64,000 bases of DNA from Eledone cirrhosa (taxonomy: Eukaryota): positions 33,976,001 to 34,040,000 of the forward strand of contig OZ024746.1 of the NCBI GenBank assembly GCA_964016885.1, in the 5' to 3' direction. The notes under the pieces are model-generated. The model did no database searches and was not told the DNA's origin. It saw only the letters and a list, made by a program, of their open reading frames with translations. A program made the translations under genes and the position numbers. Positions within the stretch are counted from its first letter, which is position 1. Every line of letters starts with the position of its first letter. Below are positions 16,620 to 32,088 of this stretch, piece by piece.

Positions 16620-17600
16620 CAGAACATGATGTAACATAATCAAATATTGTGAAATTATGATAATAAATATGTAGTTAGGAGTATTAATATTACATCCAAC
16701 GAAATTGGTTTACGAGAAAATTTCTTCGTATCATGTGCAACAACGATTTTGATCAAAGTTGGGAATCTCAATTCATACATAGTTTAATAAAGTATCAGCA
16801 AAGAAGACAATGTTATATTTTACTTTTGAAACATTATTTGTTGACGTAACACAGTATGTCAGGAGTCACCAGATAATTGTAATCGTGAAAACGTAAAGAC
16901 ATCATCGAAGAAAATATAGCTTGGCTCATGCGAATTAATTCCAGCAATGGTTAGTTGATATGAAGTTTAGTATAACATAGGAGTTATTAAAAACGCTGAT
17001 AATAAAGGATTCAAATCAATATAAAAACACTAAACAATAAAGTAATAAATGCATATTATAGATTTATTTCATATTTTACGTGAGGTCAAACTAGCACCAT
17101 GTGTTTTTTTAAAGAAATAATCGCTTATTACATGATGTATGGTATGCAATATAAACAAAAAATATATGTAAACACATTTCATAGGTCAGGTATAACATGC
17201 ATACATTATTGGTGTGAATCAGCTGTCCACCAAGAACAAATTATTGAAATATTCAAGCAGTTGCTCTTTCATGAAAGTGCAGTGGTTTTAAAATGCAAGT
17301 GTGTGATCAGTTTTTGCGCACTTCTTTCGTAACTCATTAATTTTCGCGTTTGTTTTTTTAATACAATATACGGAGGATTTCAATTCGTACATAAGGCCAG
17401 CTGTAATAAAAAACATATCAAACATATGTTTCTTCCGTTATTTAAGATAGATGTCTATCAAACCACAACATTTAATTTTGTAATTAACAAAGCTATCAGT
17501 AAATCCGCCTTTGACCAACTGCTATGGATTGAGCGATGTTGTCAGAGTGATTTAGAATTAGCAGTCGGCGTATGCCGCAGCTCAACAATATTAGGCTATT
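16620..17600 (+). pseudogene. Possible decayed hAT (Charlie/SPIN-like) transposase
   Basis: ORF 17099-17332 reads HYWC..AVHQE...LLFHESAVVLKCKCVISF, resembling hAT HC..HQE and LL.H.EVRWLS.G.VL.RF motifs. Confidence 0.35.
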
Positions 17601-17619
17601 ATAATATATAGTTGTTTAT

Positions 17620-17803
17620 CGGTTGATTGGCAGTATCGGTAGAGGGTCAGATACCATGCTTTCAGCATAATTACGTCCCTTTACCATCTGATTTCAAATC
17701 CCGCCGAGGTTGACTTTGCCTTTCATACTTACGGGGTGGATTAAATAAAGTACCAGTAATGTACTGAGTAATTGCTGGCCTTGTGCCAAAAGTAGAAAGA
17801 ATT
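17620..17803 (+). mobile_element. tRNA-derived SINE (Meta/MESC-like core), short subfamily
   Basis: A-box-like TGGCAGTATCGG, B-box-like ATTTCAAATCC, core CCGAGGTTGACTTTGCCTTTCAT; 16-bp TSD ATATATAGTTGTTTAT at 17604 and 17804. Confidence 0.92.
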
Positions 17804-17949
17804 ATATATAGTTGTTTATTTACAATATGTAAAATATAGACATTAATCGAACTAACTTTCTTTGAAATCAATTAACTCAGCTGTGAGATGTTTTTACATA
17901 TTCTATTTTCTACTCTAATCATGTCAGTTTCTCTTTCGTAACGTCTGTG

Positions 17950-18250
17950 GTAATTTTCTCAGAATTATACTCATATGTGACATTTCTCCCCTCACTATGA
18001 AAACAAGAAGTATAAGCTGTCCAAGTTCCAACTTTCAATGTCCACGCAGCATTGCTGTACATTGCGTCAATTTCCAATGATATAATACGTGGATATTTAA
18101 AACTGATTGACGCCTGAATCTGCTTGATGTGCATAGAACTGGGCTATTGCACTTAATTGTAGCCACTATCTTGTTTCTATTGCTTACTCAAAATCTTTTG
18201 TCACTACTACATGGTCCTACCCCAAATAGAACTTCTTATTTTCAAACGGA
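17950..18250 (-). pseudogene. Possible decayed MULE transposase fragment
   Basis: Minus strand TKDFE*AI...FYAHQA resembles MULE DFE.A....C.FH..QA. Weak. Confidence 0.25.
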
Positions 18251-19493
18251 ACAAGCCATTTACAGAAGCATAAATAAATATTAAAAATGTAATTAAGGGG
18301 ACCTTTATTCTGATATGTACAGGTGTAAAGACTTTCTGGCTATTGAACCACTACCGCCCCCAAAATATTTATACAGACATAAATACCGTTTCACCCATAT
18401 ACAGGTTTATCTGAATAAATAGTGCCGACTTTATATACTGTTTATGATTATCTATACTATTCTGCATATTCAATGTTTCTTGCTGCTATACCACTCTCTA
18501 TATAAATCACGCATGTTTCTGTATTTCTCCCCACAATCACTCGTGTTTTATAGCATAGATGGTTTATTCTTTGATCATGATTTATTTCAACTCAGAATTT
18601 TAACGTGATATTGGAAATTGTTTATTTGATATTTTTCGCACTGAAAATGTATTTGCATTTAATAACATTTTTTTAGATTAATGCTGCATTAGATTTCCAA
18701 TTCACAATTAATATTACTGAATTGGCAAATACAAAGTAGTTTTGTTTCTGGATTACGCAATATATATGTATATATTTTATATGAAAGTGTAATTGTATTA
18801 ACAATAATGTGAGTATAATTGAAATGCAAGCAGTGAAAAGGCATATTTACAAATGGTAATCCGGCAATGTATTGCAAAATGATGACATTGAGTAACAAAC
18901 ATAGACATAATATAAACACATAACATACACACAGGTGTTTGCGTGTGTGAATGCGTGTAAATATTTATACACGCAAGTTATAGAGCTATTCATATTAATT
19001 GGCAAATGTTTAGCTGCATATACTTTCAATGGTATTTGAAAACTTAAGCTCATAACTTAACATTATATTGGCGCTACGACTCACATTGGCTCTATTGATA
19101 CATATATATTGTCATATGTAATTATCATACTTGATTATGATAATAAATATACATATGTATACTAATATCCAAATAGATATTATATCGATGCATATCAAAA
19201 TGAATATATAGACAGGCACATCTGTTTCTTCTTCAAGGTAGCATATTGCTTAATCCGAAGATTGTATTGAGATATTAAAATATATTCTGAAAATGTTTTA
19301 TGTTGCTTATTTGAATATTGTGCCATAATAAAAAAAAAAAAGGATTCATAATGCATTACACGTATTTCTTCATATAAATAGTTAGCCACATTTAATATTA
19401 TGGGAATATAACAAACAAAGAATATCGACACATTTACTACCACCCTATTTATTAAAATAATTTACTATACTAAAGTATCATTATATGTTTTAA

Positions 19494-19683
19494 GGGCGGT
19501 GAATTGGCATTATCGGTAGAGGGTTGGACGCCATGCTTTCTAGCATAGTTACGACCCCTTAGAGTCTGAGTTCAAATCCCGCCGAGGTTAACTTTGCTTT
19601 TCATCTTTACGGGGTCGATAAACTAAAGTACCAGTAATGTACTGGATAATTGCTGGCCTTGTGCCTGAAGGAGAAACAATTAT
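19494..19683 (+). mobile_element. SINE, short subfamily, full length
   Basis: Matches other copies; near-perfect TSD ATTATATGT(T/G)TTAA at 19480 and 19679. Confidence 0.92.
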
Positions 19684-19703
19684 ATGTGTTAATATGCAGC
19701 ATG

Positions 19704-19734
19704 GTACTAGCTTCGGCAGTACATATACTAAAAT
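19704..19734 (+). pseudogene. U6: U6 snRNA 5' fragment (retroposed)
   Basis: GTACTAGCTTCGGCAGTACATATACTAAAAT matches the conserved U6 5' stem-loop and ACATATACTAAAAT; stops before TGGAACGATACAGAGAAG. Confidence 0.8.
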
Positions 19735-19744
19735 ATAGAGTGCA

Positions 19745-19945
19745 GCACGTGGATTCGGAGGAATATGTTGCTGTACTTGTTCCAGGACGTTTATACTGAG
19801 TTCAAATCCAACCGATATCAACTCTGCTGTTGTTTATTAAGATGTTGCTAAAACATTGTACACAGAAAACACTGGAGTGGATATCAGCGACTACCAATTA
19901 CAGAAAAAAAAGTATACTAGCCTTTTACCTAAATTTGCAATGACA
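19745..19945 (+). mobile_element. Old diverged SINE copy
   Basis: CTGAGTTCAAATCC B-box and a decayed core and tail. Confidence 0.55.
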
Positions 19946-20003
19946 ATATATGTTAATAATACATTTGCATATTTTATTAACAATTTTAATGTTCATAATT
20001 CCA

Positions 20004-20191
20004 TGGTGGATTGGCAGTATCGGTAGAGGGCCTGACGCCATGCTTTGCAGCAAAGAATTACGCCCCTTTATGATCTGAGTTCAAATCCTGCCGAGGTTAA
20101 CTTTGTCTTTCATCATTACGGGGTCGATAAAATAAAGTACCAGTCAAATACTGGTATAATTACTGGCCTTGTGCCAAAAGTAGAAACAACT
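20004..20191 (+). mobile_element. SINE, short subfamily
   Basis: Full match to the family pattern seen at 17620, 19494 and 48154. Confidence 0.92.
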
Positions 20192-20194
20192 ATG

Positions 20195-20397
20195 GACTGG
20201 CTGTTTCTTTAGAGTCTCGGACATTGTGGAATATTGTAACGCTGCTTTAAGTTCTGAGTTCAAATGCCACCGAGTTTAAATATTCCTTTCACCCTTCCGT
20301 TGTCGATATGATAATGTACCAGTAGTGCACAGGGGTTGATTTAATCGATTTTCCATTCTACAAAAATTATTGGCTTTGTGCCTAAATATAAAAAATA
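20195..20397 (+). mobile_element. SINE, older long subfamily
   Basis: B-box, core and the extra GGGGTTGATTTAATCGA segment that is absent from the short subfamily. Confidence 0.75.
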
Positions 20398-20419
20398 AAT
20401 ATGCATATTGACATAAGTG

Positions 20420-20633
20420 TGTTGGATTTACAGTATTGGTAGAATGTTGATCAACATTTTTTGCAGCATATATTTACAGCCCTTTACGTTCTGGGTACAA
20501 ATCCCACCGGGGTTCTCTTTGTGATTCATCCTTACAAGATCAATAAAATAAAACAGGGGTAGCGCGGAGTGGTGGACTTTATCGACTTTCCCCTAACCGC
20601 AAATTGCAGGCCTTCTGCCTAGATTATAAATAC
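20420..20633 (+). mobile_element. SINE, older long subfamily
   Basis: Diverged head, core and ATCGACTTTCCCCTAA..GGCCTTCTGCCTA tail. Confidence 0.75.
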
Positions 20634-21789
20634 TTATATTAGCACAATATTTTAACATGAATTTTCATAAAGATTGAACGTTATGTAATATGATAAGAAT
20701 TAAACATAATACATATATTTATCAAATTATATAAATCGACATAATATATTCTAATCTAAAGTACTGTATTAGAATAATGCGTGACCATTAGGAAATCCTA
20801 TAATTAATTATTTAAATAAACTATAAAAATGTGTTATATATTATATCATGTTGCCCATAGATTGATTATATATTTGCAGCAATTCCTGAACGATTAGTGT
20901 TATAGATTTTAATAGACGGATAATCGTGTTCTGTTGATTTCCGATTATTACAGCAGCAATGCGATGTGAGCTGCCGTGTGAAAATGTTAAACGGAAGTAT
21001 ATTTTTCTGAAGAGGGATTTGATGAACCCTTTGTTGTGTAGAAAATGTGTTAATGGCAGAGGTACAGTTGAGTTGACACATAAGGAACCCGGATGATTTT
21101 GGTTTGCACGTGTATCAATCTATAATTTTTCTCTGTGTACCGCTATGGAATGAAATACAAGGTGATGGAATGAGAGTGTGAGTGTGTTTGTGTCTTTGTA
21201 AGTATGTGTGAGAGTGTCAGTGTAAAATTGATATCCTAAACTACATATATTAAATTAAGCAAAATCGAGAGGTGATTAACGTTAATTTCAAAACAAAGTG
21301 AGATATATAGAGATCACGTTATATCTCGTGTAAGAATACAAAGTCGTGTGATATAAGGGAGTATATAAGCGTGACAAGAGAAGAAATAGGAAAATCTACA
21401 TTAGGGAGGACAGAGAATGAATATATAGAAAGATGATGGAGATTACAAAACCTTTGTACGTCCGAGAAATAAATATTATATACATGATCAAGCTTTGTTT
21501 ATTTTCATTGATATGTAGCCTCATGTTAGCTCTGATCAATCATCAAACACATTTGACAATCCTTATGCACGTGATAATCAGAAACTGTCTTTGTTTTTCA
21601 CAGACTACGTTATCCAATGATCCTTTCACCGCTTTTGAATGATTGCAGTGTGAATCAAAGCTCATTTCCCTGTAACTCTTAGCATAAGTATTTCGAAATC
21701 CGTTGGCGTGTTGTTTTGTTAATTAACGTGACAGTTCATTGGATAAAACATGAGCGCAATATCAGTTGATCATTGACTTCTAGGCAGGC

Positions 21790-22070
21790 TATTAAACCCA
21801 AGTGTGAATAACCCCTCTTCATGTCGGATCACACCCGACATATCCCAGAGAAAATCAAATGTGTACACTGGTTTGATTTGAACGAGATAGAATGACGCAA
21901 ACTATGTTATATATTAATTGAACCTCTTATAGATATGAATTCTGCATGGTGGTGACATAATTACATTACTGACTGGTGTAACATGACTCTAGCAACCACT
22001 ATCAAAGCAACATAGGACCGGTTCCAAGGGAAAATATATAAGTACGAAATCATCGTCACCGACAGAGAGG
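21790..22070 (+). pseudogene. RTE-like LINE 3' end remnant
   Basis: ITDWCNMTLATTIKAT*DR resembles the RTE C-terminal W.D.I.DW...L....A.DR..W motif. Confidence 0.35.
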
Positions 22071-22477
22071 ACGTTGTCCATGGACATTAAGAGGATTGTG
22101 TAGATTAAGGAGATTAAAGAGGTAACTTATTCTTGTCTCAGTACTGGGTATGCAAACATTACTGATAATGGATAAAATACTACAAAATCTATTGCTTGGC
22201 TTTTTACTTACTACTTCGACATGATCTCTGCTTTAAAACACCCAAAATGGCATTTAGACGTTTTCTATTCATAAACTTTTAGAAATTGAGTAGTTTTTAA
22301 TATCGTTAAAATGGGGACGATGATATACGAAAGTATGTATGTAAAAGATTCACTTTACGTTCACATTATTCTTGTGTTTCCAATTCCATCTGTGCCACTC
22401 ACACTCTCCCTCTCTAACTCCTTCACTATTTCCCTCACATTTCTCCCCACCACTCTCTCTCTCTCTCGCTCTCTCTC

Positions 22478-22554
<77 letters not shown>

Positions 22555-23537
22555 TACAGATACTATATTAGAAAAAATTGGCAAGAGGTAAGAATGAATA
22601 AAGCAACACAAGTGTCATTGCCAATCACGTAATCGGCAATAAATCACGTGGTTGTTTATTTAATCAATTAAAGTATTCTTCATATTTCACCTCACTTGCT
22701 GTCCGTTTTTCAATATTTATACTAAATTACACTGTGAATTCTTGAAAAGTTCTACCATACTCGAAGAGTATGGATAAATATATTACAAAACTCTATTAAC
22801 CACGTCGAGAACGAAAATCTGGTAAGCTGTACTTTCAATGTTATTTACACTCATTCCACATGAATAGGAATTTACCAAGATAACGTGAACACTTCATTAT
22901 TTTCATCCTGTATACATCAATCTATATCTATCTATCTATGTATCCATGTATCTATCACTATCTATCTGTCTACATATGTATGTCTATATATATACCCTTT
23001 TTTCAACATTATCCCTTTCTCTTCGTGCAAAAACGAAACGAACTCTTCTGTCTATCATCCTTTATTAGATACATGATATTTGCATATATGTATATATGGA
23101 AACATATTCGTGTACAACATTTGTGTATGTGCATTTATCAATATATGTAGACGTATATACGTACAAACACACTCATATATATAGCTTCATATTTACACAC
23201 AGATATACAGAAAATCACATGATATATTCAAAACTAATCAGATGCAGATATATACAACTTAAGTATAACTCGCCACTCTTACTTTTAAACTTAGCTTAAC
23301 GCAAATTTACATAATTATGATTTCGCATGCAACGTGTTCATTGTCGTGAAAGGTGAATTCATTTTATTTTTATGTCTAGGTAGTGGGCTGATATCTATAT
23401 GAAAGTAAAGGGGCCGAGTGACACTTATACACAGGGGCAGCTATACAGACATAAACAAGTACACAGGCACATGTCTGGTTGTGTGCGCTTCTCACATTAA
23501 AAAAACTGTGCTCACGCACACATACAACACATACATA

Positions 23538-24552
<1,015 letters not shown>

Positions 24553-24856
24553 CCACTTTGATGGGAATCCATTGATCTTATGCAAGCTTCTACATAACTA
24601 GGACACTTTTCTCCCACTTTGTAGAAATCTTATAATGAAACGATTGTATGGGGAATGAGTTTTATTTAATTATGTCTCATATAAAATGATACAGCCGATT
24701 ATCCACACAATACAATATAGTTAGCACCCCAAACGTATAATTGGGAATATACTTAGGTATTTCCTAATGTTTGTTGAGTGATTTTTAAATTGGTCGGAGT
24801 ATCGCTAATGGGTTTCTCTGTTAATGTATTAAATATATATATATATATATATATAT

Positions 24857-24992
24857 TTGGAATACTAACCCATACAATCACTAATACTCTTTTATTCCTA
24901 ATTAAACCATTTTTCAACTGTGAACAATTTGTCAGCATTTTCTATTCCGTTTACCAATATATAATAACTTGTGTGTTACACCTCTATTCTTT

Positions 24993-24997
<5 letters not shown>
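24857..24997 (+). mobile_element. 3' end + tail of the PLE family at 35995-38193
   Basis: Similar to 38065-38193 (TTATTCCTAATTAAAC..GAACAATTTGTCAGCATTTTC..GTGTTACAC.TCTATTCTTTTAA); lies between (TA)n tracts. Confidence 0.8.
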
Positions 24998-25078
<81 letters not shown>

Positions 25079-25790
25079 AGGTCGCTTTAACCCGTATTTT
25101 ATTATTCAAAAAACTTCTTGCCAATAAACATTAACCCTTTGTGCGCCATTCATCTAACTGTAGACTAACGAATACAAAGTAAACGGAGCGTTGACGAGAA
25201 CGATGGCGAATCAATCTTCGAGGTAAGCAGTTTCCTCCCGAGCTGTTAGTTCACGCGGGATTCTCTGCTACACCTTTTCGTAATAATACCGAACAACGTA
25301 CTGCTGGTCACTCCTTCCTACACAAGCCGTACAAAGCGGATATGTGCATCAGGCAGATGGATCGGGTGAAAATCTACACCACGCCTACGTGAGAAATTCG
25401 CAAGGGACTGCACCAAGAGGGATAGAGAGAAATAGTAACCTAGTGGAAAGAGTGCGAATGAACTTTTGATGTAAGTAGCCTACACCTTACTGCTATGAAA
25501 CTGCCAACTTAACCTGTGACCTTCTCTTTCACATTTACTCCAACATACAAAAACAGAGGAGTATGAAAAGAATGGGCTCAACAATATTTCTATGAACAAT
25601 GCACGTAGACAGCTAAACTGTACTTTCAACTTCTTTTTTCAATTTCAACTTCAAGTTCAAATTCCACTTCAAGTATCCTGTCAGTATATTTTCGTGAGTT
25701 TTTAACAGGCACTCACAAATAAACGTTTCTCATTGGAGGTGCTATTCCCAATGTTCTTACCCGTGCAACTCCGGGATACACTGCTAGTAG

Positions 25791-27494
25791 ATAATAATAA
25801 TAATAATGAAATTATTGTGTAAAGTGTTCAGGTGCACTACAACTCGTCAAAGGTGCATGTATAGTACCTAGAATAATATACAAATTCCAGGTGAGTGAAT
25901 GGCGTGGATGAGTCATGATATACATGTGTGTATGTGTATGGAGGGAGAATATTATGTATAGTGTTGGCGAATCTCAGGAAGCATGGAGGTTTTAAAGGAT
26001 ACAGTGTTTCGACAGCTAATAACTGATGCAGGTAGTTTGTTCCATGCTTCAGCAACTCTGAGCGTGAAAATATGTTTCCGAAAGTCATGGGAACTGTGCT
26101 GTTTTCTGACTTCGTGGGCATGTCCACGTGTGTTAGACACAGGGAAATCAAAAAGGAACTCAGGGTTGTTGTTGGCAAGATGGTTAATACTTGTGTGGGT
26201 GTTTACCAAGCCAGTTGCCAGACGTCGGAGCTTCAATGTATCCATGCCCAGAGAAGAAAGGAGTTCAGAGTATGGTAGATGCCTGATGGAGGGTATTCGC
26301 TTGGTTGCACGTCTCTGAACAGTTTCCAGGCAGTCAATGTTCTGAGGAAGATAGGTGTTCCTGACTGGTGATGCAAATTCTAAGTGTGGCCGCACTATAG
26401 CTATGTACAGGTTTAAATAGATAGCTGGAGAGCAGCTGCCAAAGGTATTGCTGAGTAATGTTAAGACACCCTCGGCTTTCGTGACAATTTTAGAGACGTG
26501 CTTCGTCCAACGTAAATCGCTGCTGACCGTAATTCACAGGTCACGTTCACAAGAAAACTTCTTGATGTTAGTGTTGTGGACGCTGGGTTTTTACTCCCAA
26601 AATGCATGGTGCTACACTTGTCCACAACTAGCTTGAGTTGCCAGTCCCTGATCCATTGTTGCATTGTGTCCAGGTCAGATTGCAGGCAAGATCTATAGTG
26701 TTCCGGATCTGTCATTTTTATCTCAAGGTACAGCTTGTTGTCATCTGCATATTTCAGTACTGTGGCATTCTTTAAGTTGGTATATATGTCATTAATACAT
26801 ATCACAAACAAAAGGGGGCCAAGACCAGATCCCTGTGGTACACCAGATGACATCTCATATGGTGAGAAATGTTGTCCAAGAACCGTGACTACCTCGCTTC
26901 GACAGAGAATGAAGAACTTCAAACAGTTAAAAGCATCATCCTTCACACCCATTGCAGAGAGTTTTTCCATAAGCCTTTTGTGTGGCACATAATTGAAAGG
27001 TTTAGTAAAGTCAAGGTACACAACCTTTACCCATGAGCCGCCATCAGTGATCCGGGTGATGTCTTCAAGAAACTCGATAAGTTGTTCACAGCAGCTGGAG
27101 TTAGGGATAAATTCAAATTGTGAGGGCCGTATAAGACTTTGAGAGTCCCAGAAGTTCGGAAGTGTTTCTCTGACACAGGATTCCATGAGTTTGGCAATGC
27201 AGCTAGTGAGACTGACTGGACGATAGTTCACAGGTGATGTGCGGTTACCCTTTTTGAACAGAGGAATGACACTGGCAGTTTCCCACTGTTCTGGAATAGC
27301 ACCGTTATTCAGACAGAATTGGAAGAAGTGTGATAGCTGGTGCAGAAGGAAGTACCCACCCCGTTTGAGAAGCAACACCATCATAACCAGGAGAGGCATG
27401 GTTGCGTTTATTTTTAAGGTGACGTCGCAGCATTACAGGTGTAAATTCCATAGTTGTAATAGAATCCGGCATCATAGGTGGTGGAAACGGTTAT

Positions 27495-27497
<3 letters not shown>
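25791..27497 (-). mobile_element. CR1-clade LINE, 5'-truncated, RT domain
   Basis: ORF 26461-27399 has NYRPVSLT, VYLDF.K.F..VPH, SGVPQGS.LGPLLF and YADD; ORF 25952-26395 has RPHLEFAS, QRRATK, RGH and WNKLP; 3' (ATT)n tail at ~25791. Confidence 0.95.
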
Positions 27498-27544
<47 letters not shown>

Positions 27545-27550
<6 letters not shown>

Positions 27551-27695
27551 AATATTTTATCTTGACTCTGTATTCCGTTTATCTTTCACCGAAAGTGATT
27601 TTTGAATGCATCTCTTCTTTCCATGATATCCGGATTACATTGAGTTCTTCATACGGATTGGACACTACCGTAAACTTTTGGTAGATTTATCTACA
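27545..27695 (+). mobile_element. Solo tail segment between (TA)n tracts
   Basis: ATTACATTGAGTTCTTCATACGGATTGGACACTAC resembles the tail of the 33283 element (ATTACATCGAGTTCTTCATGCAGAATAGACACCAC). Confidence 0.5.
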
Positions 27696-27720
27696 CATAT
27701 ATATATATATATATATATAT

Positions 27721-28480
27721 ATTATTATAAATCATGTCTACAGAATTATTAGATAAACAAAATATATACTCCATTTCCTCTGCCAAATAGCACAATCAAC
27801 CATATAAAAAAATCTATTATACTAAGCCATAAGGATAAAAGCTCCTATGAAGAAATCTCCGACAAACAAACTAGAGTGGCTTCTTCGCGGTATCCACATC
27901 AGGTTATTTATCCAACATTTCGACAGCATGCATAAATCGACCAAGTACATAATTAACCATATGCAATTCGGTGTAAAATCAAACATAGAAGAACTGTGTA
28001 CATACCGTAACTATATCGCTACCATGGTTTCATCCGTATTTTTAGATATCCTATTAATAGGAAATCTATTGAGTTCGGAATCATCAGGAGATAAACTCAA
28101 AAATAGACACTTGGTATTCAAAGCCGATCGCGCCAAAATTGGATTAAAAAATGGCTAAGAATCACACTATGGCCGTGGTCAAGTTGGAAAGAATGTGGTT
28201 GGCTGTTGACGGCGTGTAGGCCTGTCGCTCGAAAGCGCAGCCAAATATCGCCAAATTTAATCTCAACCTTATGGGAGATTATTAAATATAAAGGTTTACA
28301 TATACATACATTTATATATGTTACAACCGGTCACTTTTTAGCTCTATGAAGAATTAATAAATTAAAAACTCAGAGCAATTTAAGATTAAATTCGGCGATA
28401 TTTGGCTGCGCTTTCGAGCGACAGGCCTACACACAGTCAACAGCCAATCACATTCTTTCCAACTTGACCACGGCCATAGT

Positions 28481-28485
<5 letters not shown>
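27721..28485 (-). mobile_element. Non-coding foldback element with hammerhead (PLE-derived)
   Basis: ~100-bp inverted arms at 28161-28263 and 28383-28485; the extension to 27721 contains a complete HHR; (TA)n on both flanks. Confidence 0.7.
28014..28093 (-). ncRNA. Type I hammerhead ribozyme motif
   Basis: Reverse complement reads tatctc CUGAUGA u uccg[insert with its own hairpin]cgga u GAAAC caug GUA gcgata. Stem I pairs 5/6; stem III is the palindrome ACCAUGGU. Confidence 0.8.
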
Positions 28486-28534
<49 letters not shown>

Positions 28535-28537
<3 letters not shown>

Positions 28538-28737
28538 TAGTTCTATCGTTACTTTGGTATATTATTGTGTGTTAGATTTTGCCTAACACAATGTTCGATT
28601 TGTCAAGCTATTTAAACGTATGTTATTATTCTAAGGTCCTACCTTATCGAGTGCTTTGCTAGCTCTTCATTTCATATAAGTAGGCCGAATTTGCTTGCAA
28701 ACCGCCAAAGATTCGATTTTACTAAATTTCCAATTCT
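28535..28737. repeat. Interspersed repeat family E, (TA)n-flanked
   Basis: ~200 bp highly similar to 40603-40798, with the same right endpoint at (TA)n. Confidence 0.8.
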
Positions 28738-28756
28738 ATATATATATATATATATA

Positions 28757-29068
28757 TTGTTATATTTGGGGAGGGTCATATTTGCGTAATATTGCCAGAA
28801 TTAATAACAGAACACACTCACTGTTTGGTTGGTTTTCGCTTCTCGCTGTCTTTTATATATATATATCTGCGATCTAACTTACTCGGTCCTCAATGTTGCC
28901 ATTGACTGACCGGCGGTCAAAAATAATACAGATACAATATAGACAAACACATATATATATAGTTTACATAAATCTTTCGTTGCACATCTGCAACATCGTC
29001 AGTGGTGTTATATTCATTGTTCCTCCTGTTGTGTTGTATGTCTACGCCATTTTTTTGTTCAGTTTTTG

Positions 29069-29070
<2 letters not shown>
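28757..29070 (-). mobile_element. Solo pseudo-LTR of PLE family B
   Basis: Reverse complement of 47490-47784 and 48847-49134; contains CUGACGA-stem-GAAA core at 28975-29002. Confidence 0.85.
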
Positions 29071-30490
<1,420 letters not shown>

Positions 30491-31559
30491 CTATCTATCT
30501 ATGTATCTATCTATCTATCTATATATATATTGATATTATATTTTAGAATATACGTTATACATTTCCATATAGAAAAAAATATGGTGTGTCTATTTGGTAG
30601 TTTTGTATGTATTGCAAATTAAAATGTTTAATAATTAAAATGCGAAAAATAACTCCGTGATTACCAATTATTCACAGGAAAATCATGGTCCTCTTTATTT
30701 TGTATTTGCTTTAGTATTTAATGAAGAAACATTCATTTAATCATTATTGCATTGTTTTTAAATAAATATTAATTTCAGGGTGCTATTACATCTTAAGCTA
30801 TCTCCCTTTGTGGATATCCTTAGCCTAGTGGTAAGTGGATTTTAATTACGATCATATTGCTGTATGTTTGATCACTAGTCTGTTTGTGATTTATGATATT
30901 GAACAAAACAATTCAGTTTATGTTGCAACAGTATATTAAACGTCAGGTGAAACGCGCGTCCTTGATTACGGTTTGCTAATTTGTCGTGGAATAAACTCTC
31001 TCTATATATATGTATCTTACCCTCTCTCTCTCTATCTCTCTCTGCACACATCGTTAGTTATAGACAATTACTGCAATGTTCTGCTATTGCTACCCATATC
31101 GATCTGCCGGACCGAATTCCATTTCATTGTAATATTCCGGCTACACCGATTATTAATACTGTTATTTGCAGATGACTATGTAATATTAGCTGATACAACG
31201 TAATCTGGTTATTACTAATCGTCAGCAGGTGGACAACATTATTTGTCTTTCTGCTACTTGCATTCCCGGACCTAGCAGTTCAATGTCATCATGGCACGTG
31301 TTATTTAAAATTGAGGAAGATCGCTGTATGAGAATTAAGCACTGATATCTAGATACAATAGATATATATTTGACGCCTACACCGACATAACTCCTCCATT
31401 CAAGATATCTTTTTCTTTCATTCCCCTTCAAAATATATATATCTGTCATTTCCTGTTTCTTTCTATTCTGCTTCTTTCAATATCTCTCTCTTGTCTCTTG
31501 TCTACTGCTTCCTCTTGTCAGCATGCCACATATTCAGTTTTTCATCAAGAAGCGTATAA

Positions 31560-31970
31560 TCTTCCCTACTTCTGGCGTTTTGTGTTTCACATGTTACATG
31601 CGCAGTCCGCTGTCTACTTAATTCTAATTGTAATTTATTACATATATGTTTCATATTGTCTAACGTCACCAGCAACATCTCCTGTCAATTCTTCCTTCAT
31701 AAATCGTCTCACGTATGATTTCCTTGGACTAGTGCTACACTACATGAGCTCTCAAAGTCTTCCACTGACTACGCTGGTAGTGCGGGCACTCGGTTTAATA
31801 TGATTTGCCCCCCTTCATAAGATTCATATTAGACATATCTGAGTAGAACATTTCTGAGGTGTAGAGACACTTCTGGAATTAAACTCTCCACAATCATCCA
31901 CTGGCCCTGTTGGCTCTATTATATTGCCTTGGTTTTCAAAAGCCGTGACAACCATCACCTGTTACTTGAA
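31560..31970 (-). pseudogene. Decayed RTE-clade LINE fragment
   Basis: VVTAFENQGNII..EFNSR resembles V..F.YLGS.I....E...R. A separate LLFADD RT motif lies on the + strand at ~31158. Confidence 0.4.
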
Positions 31971-32016
31971 ATCTCATTATTCTTACGTATGTTGTCCATC
32001 ACTCGCTAACGTCTGA

Positions 32017-32088
<72 letters not shown>

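Noticed and set aside
19494-19585. tRNA gene
   Set aside because: A and B boxes are present but belong to the SINE head; there is no complete cloverleaf.
25076-25720. Possible solo LTR (starts TGTA, contains AATAAA)
   Set aside because: No second copy, TSD, PBS or clear CA end was found.
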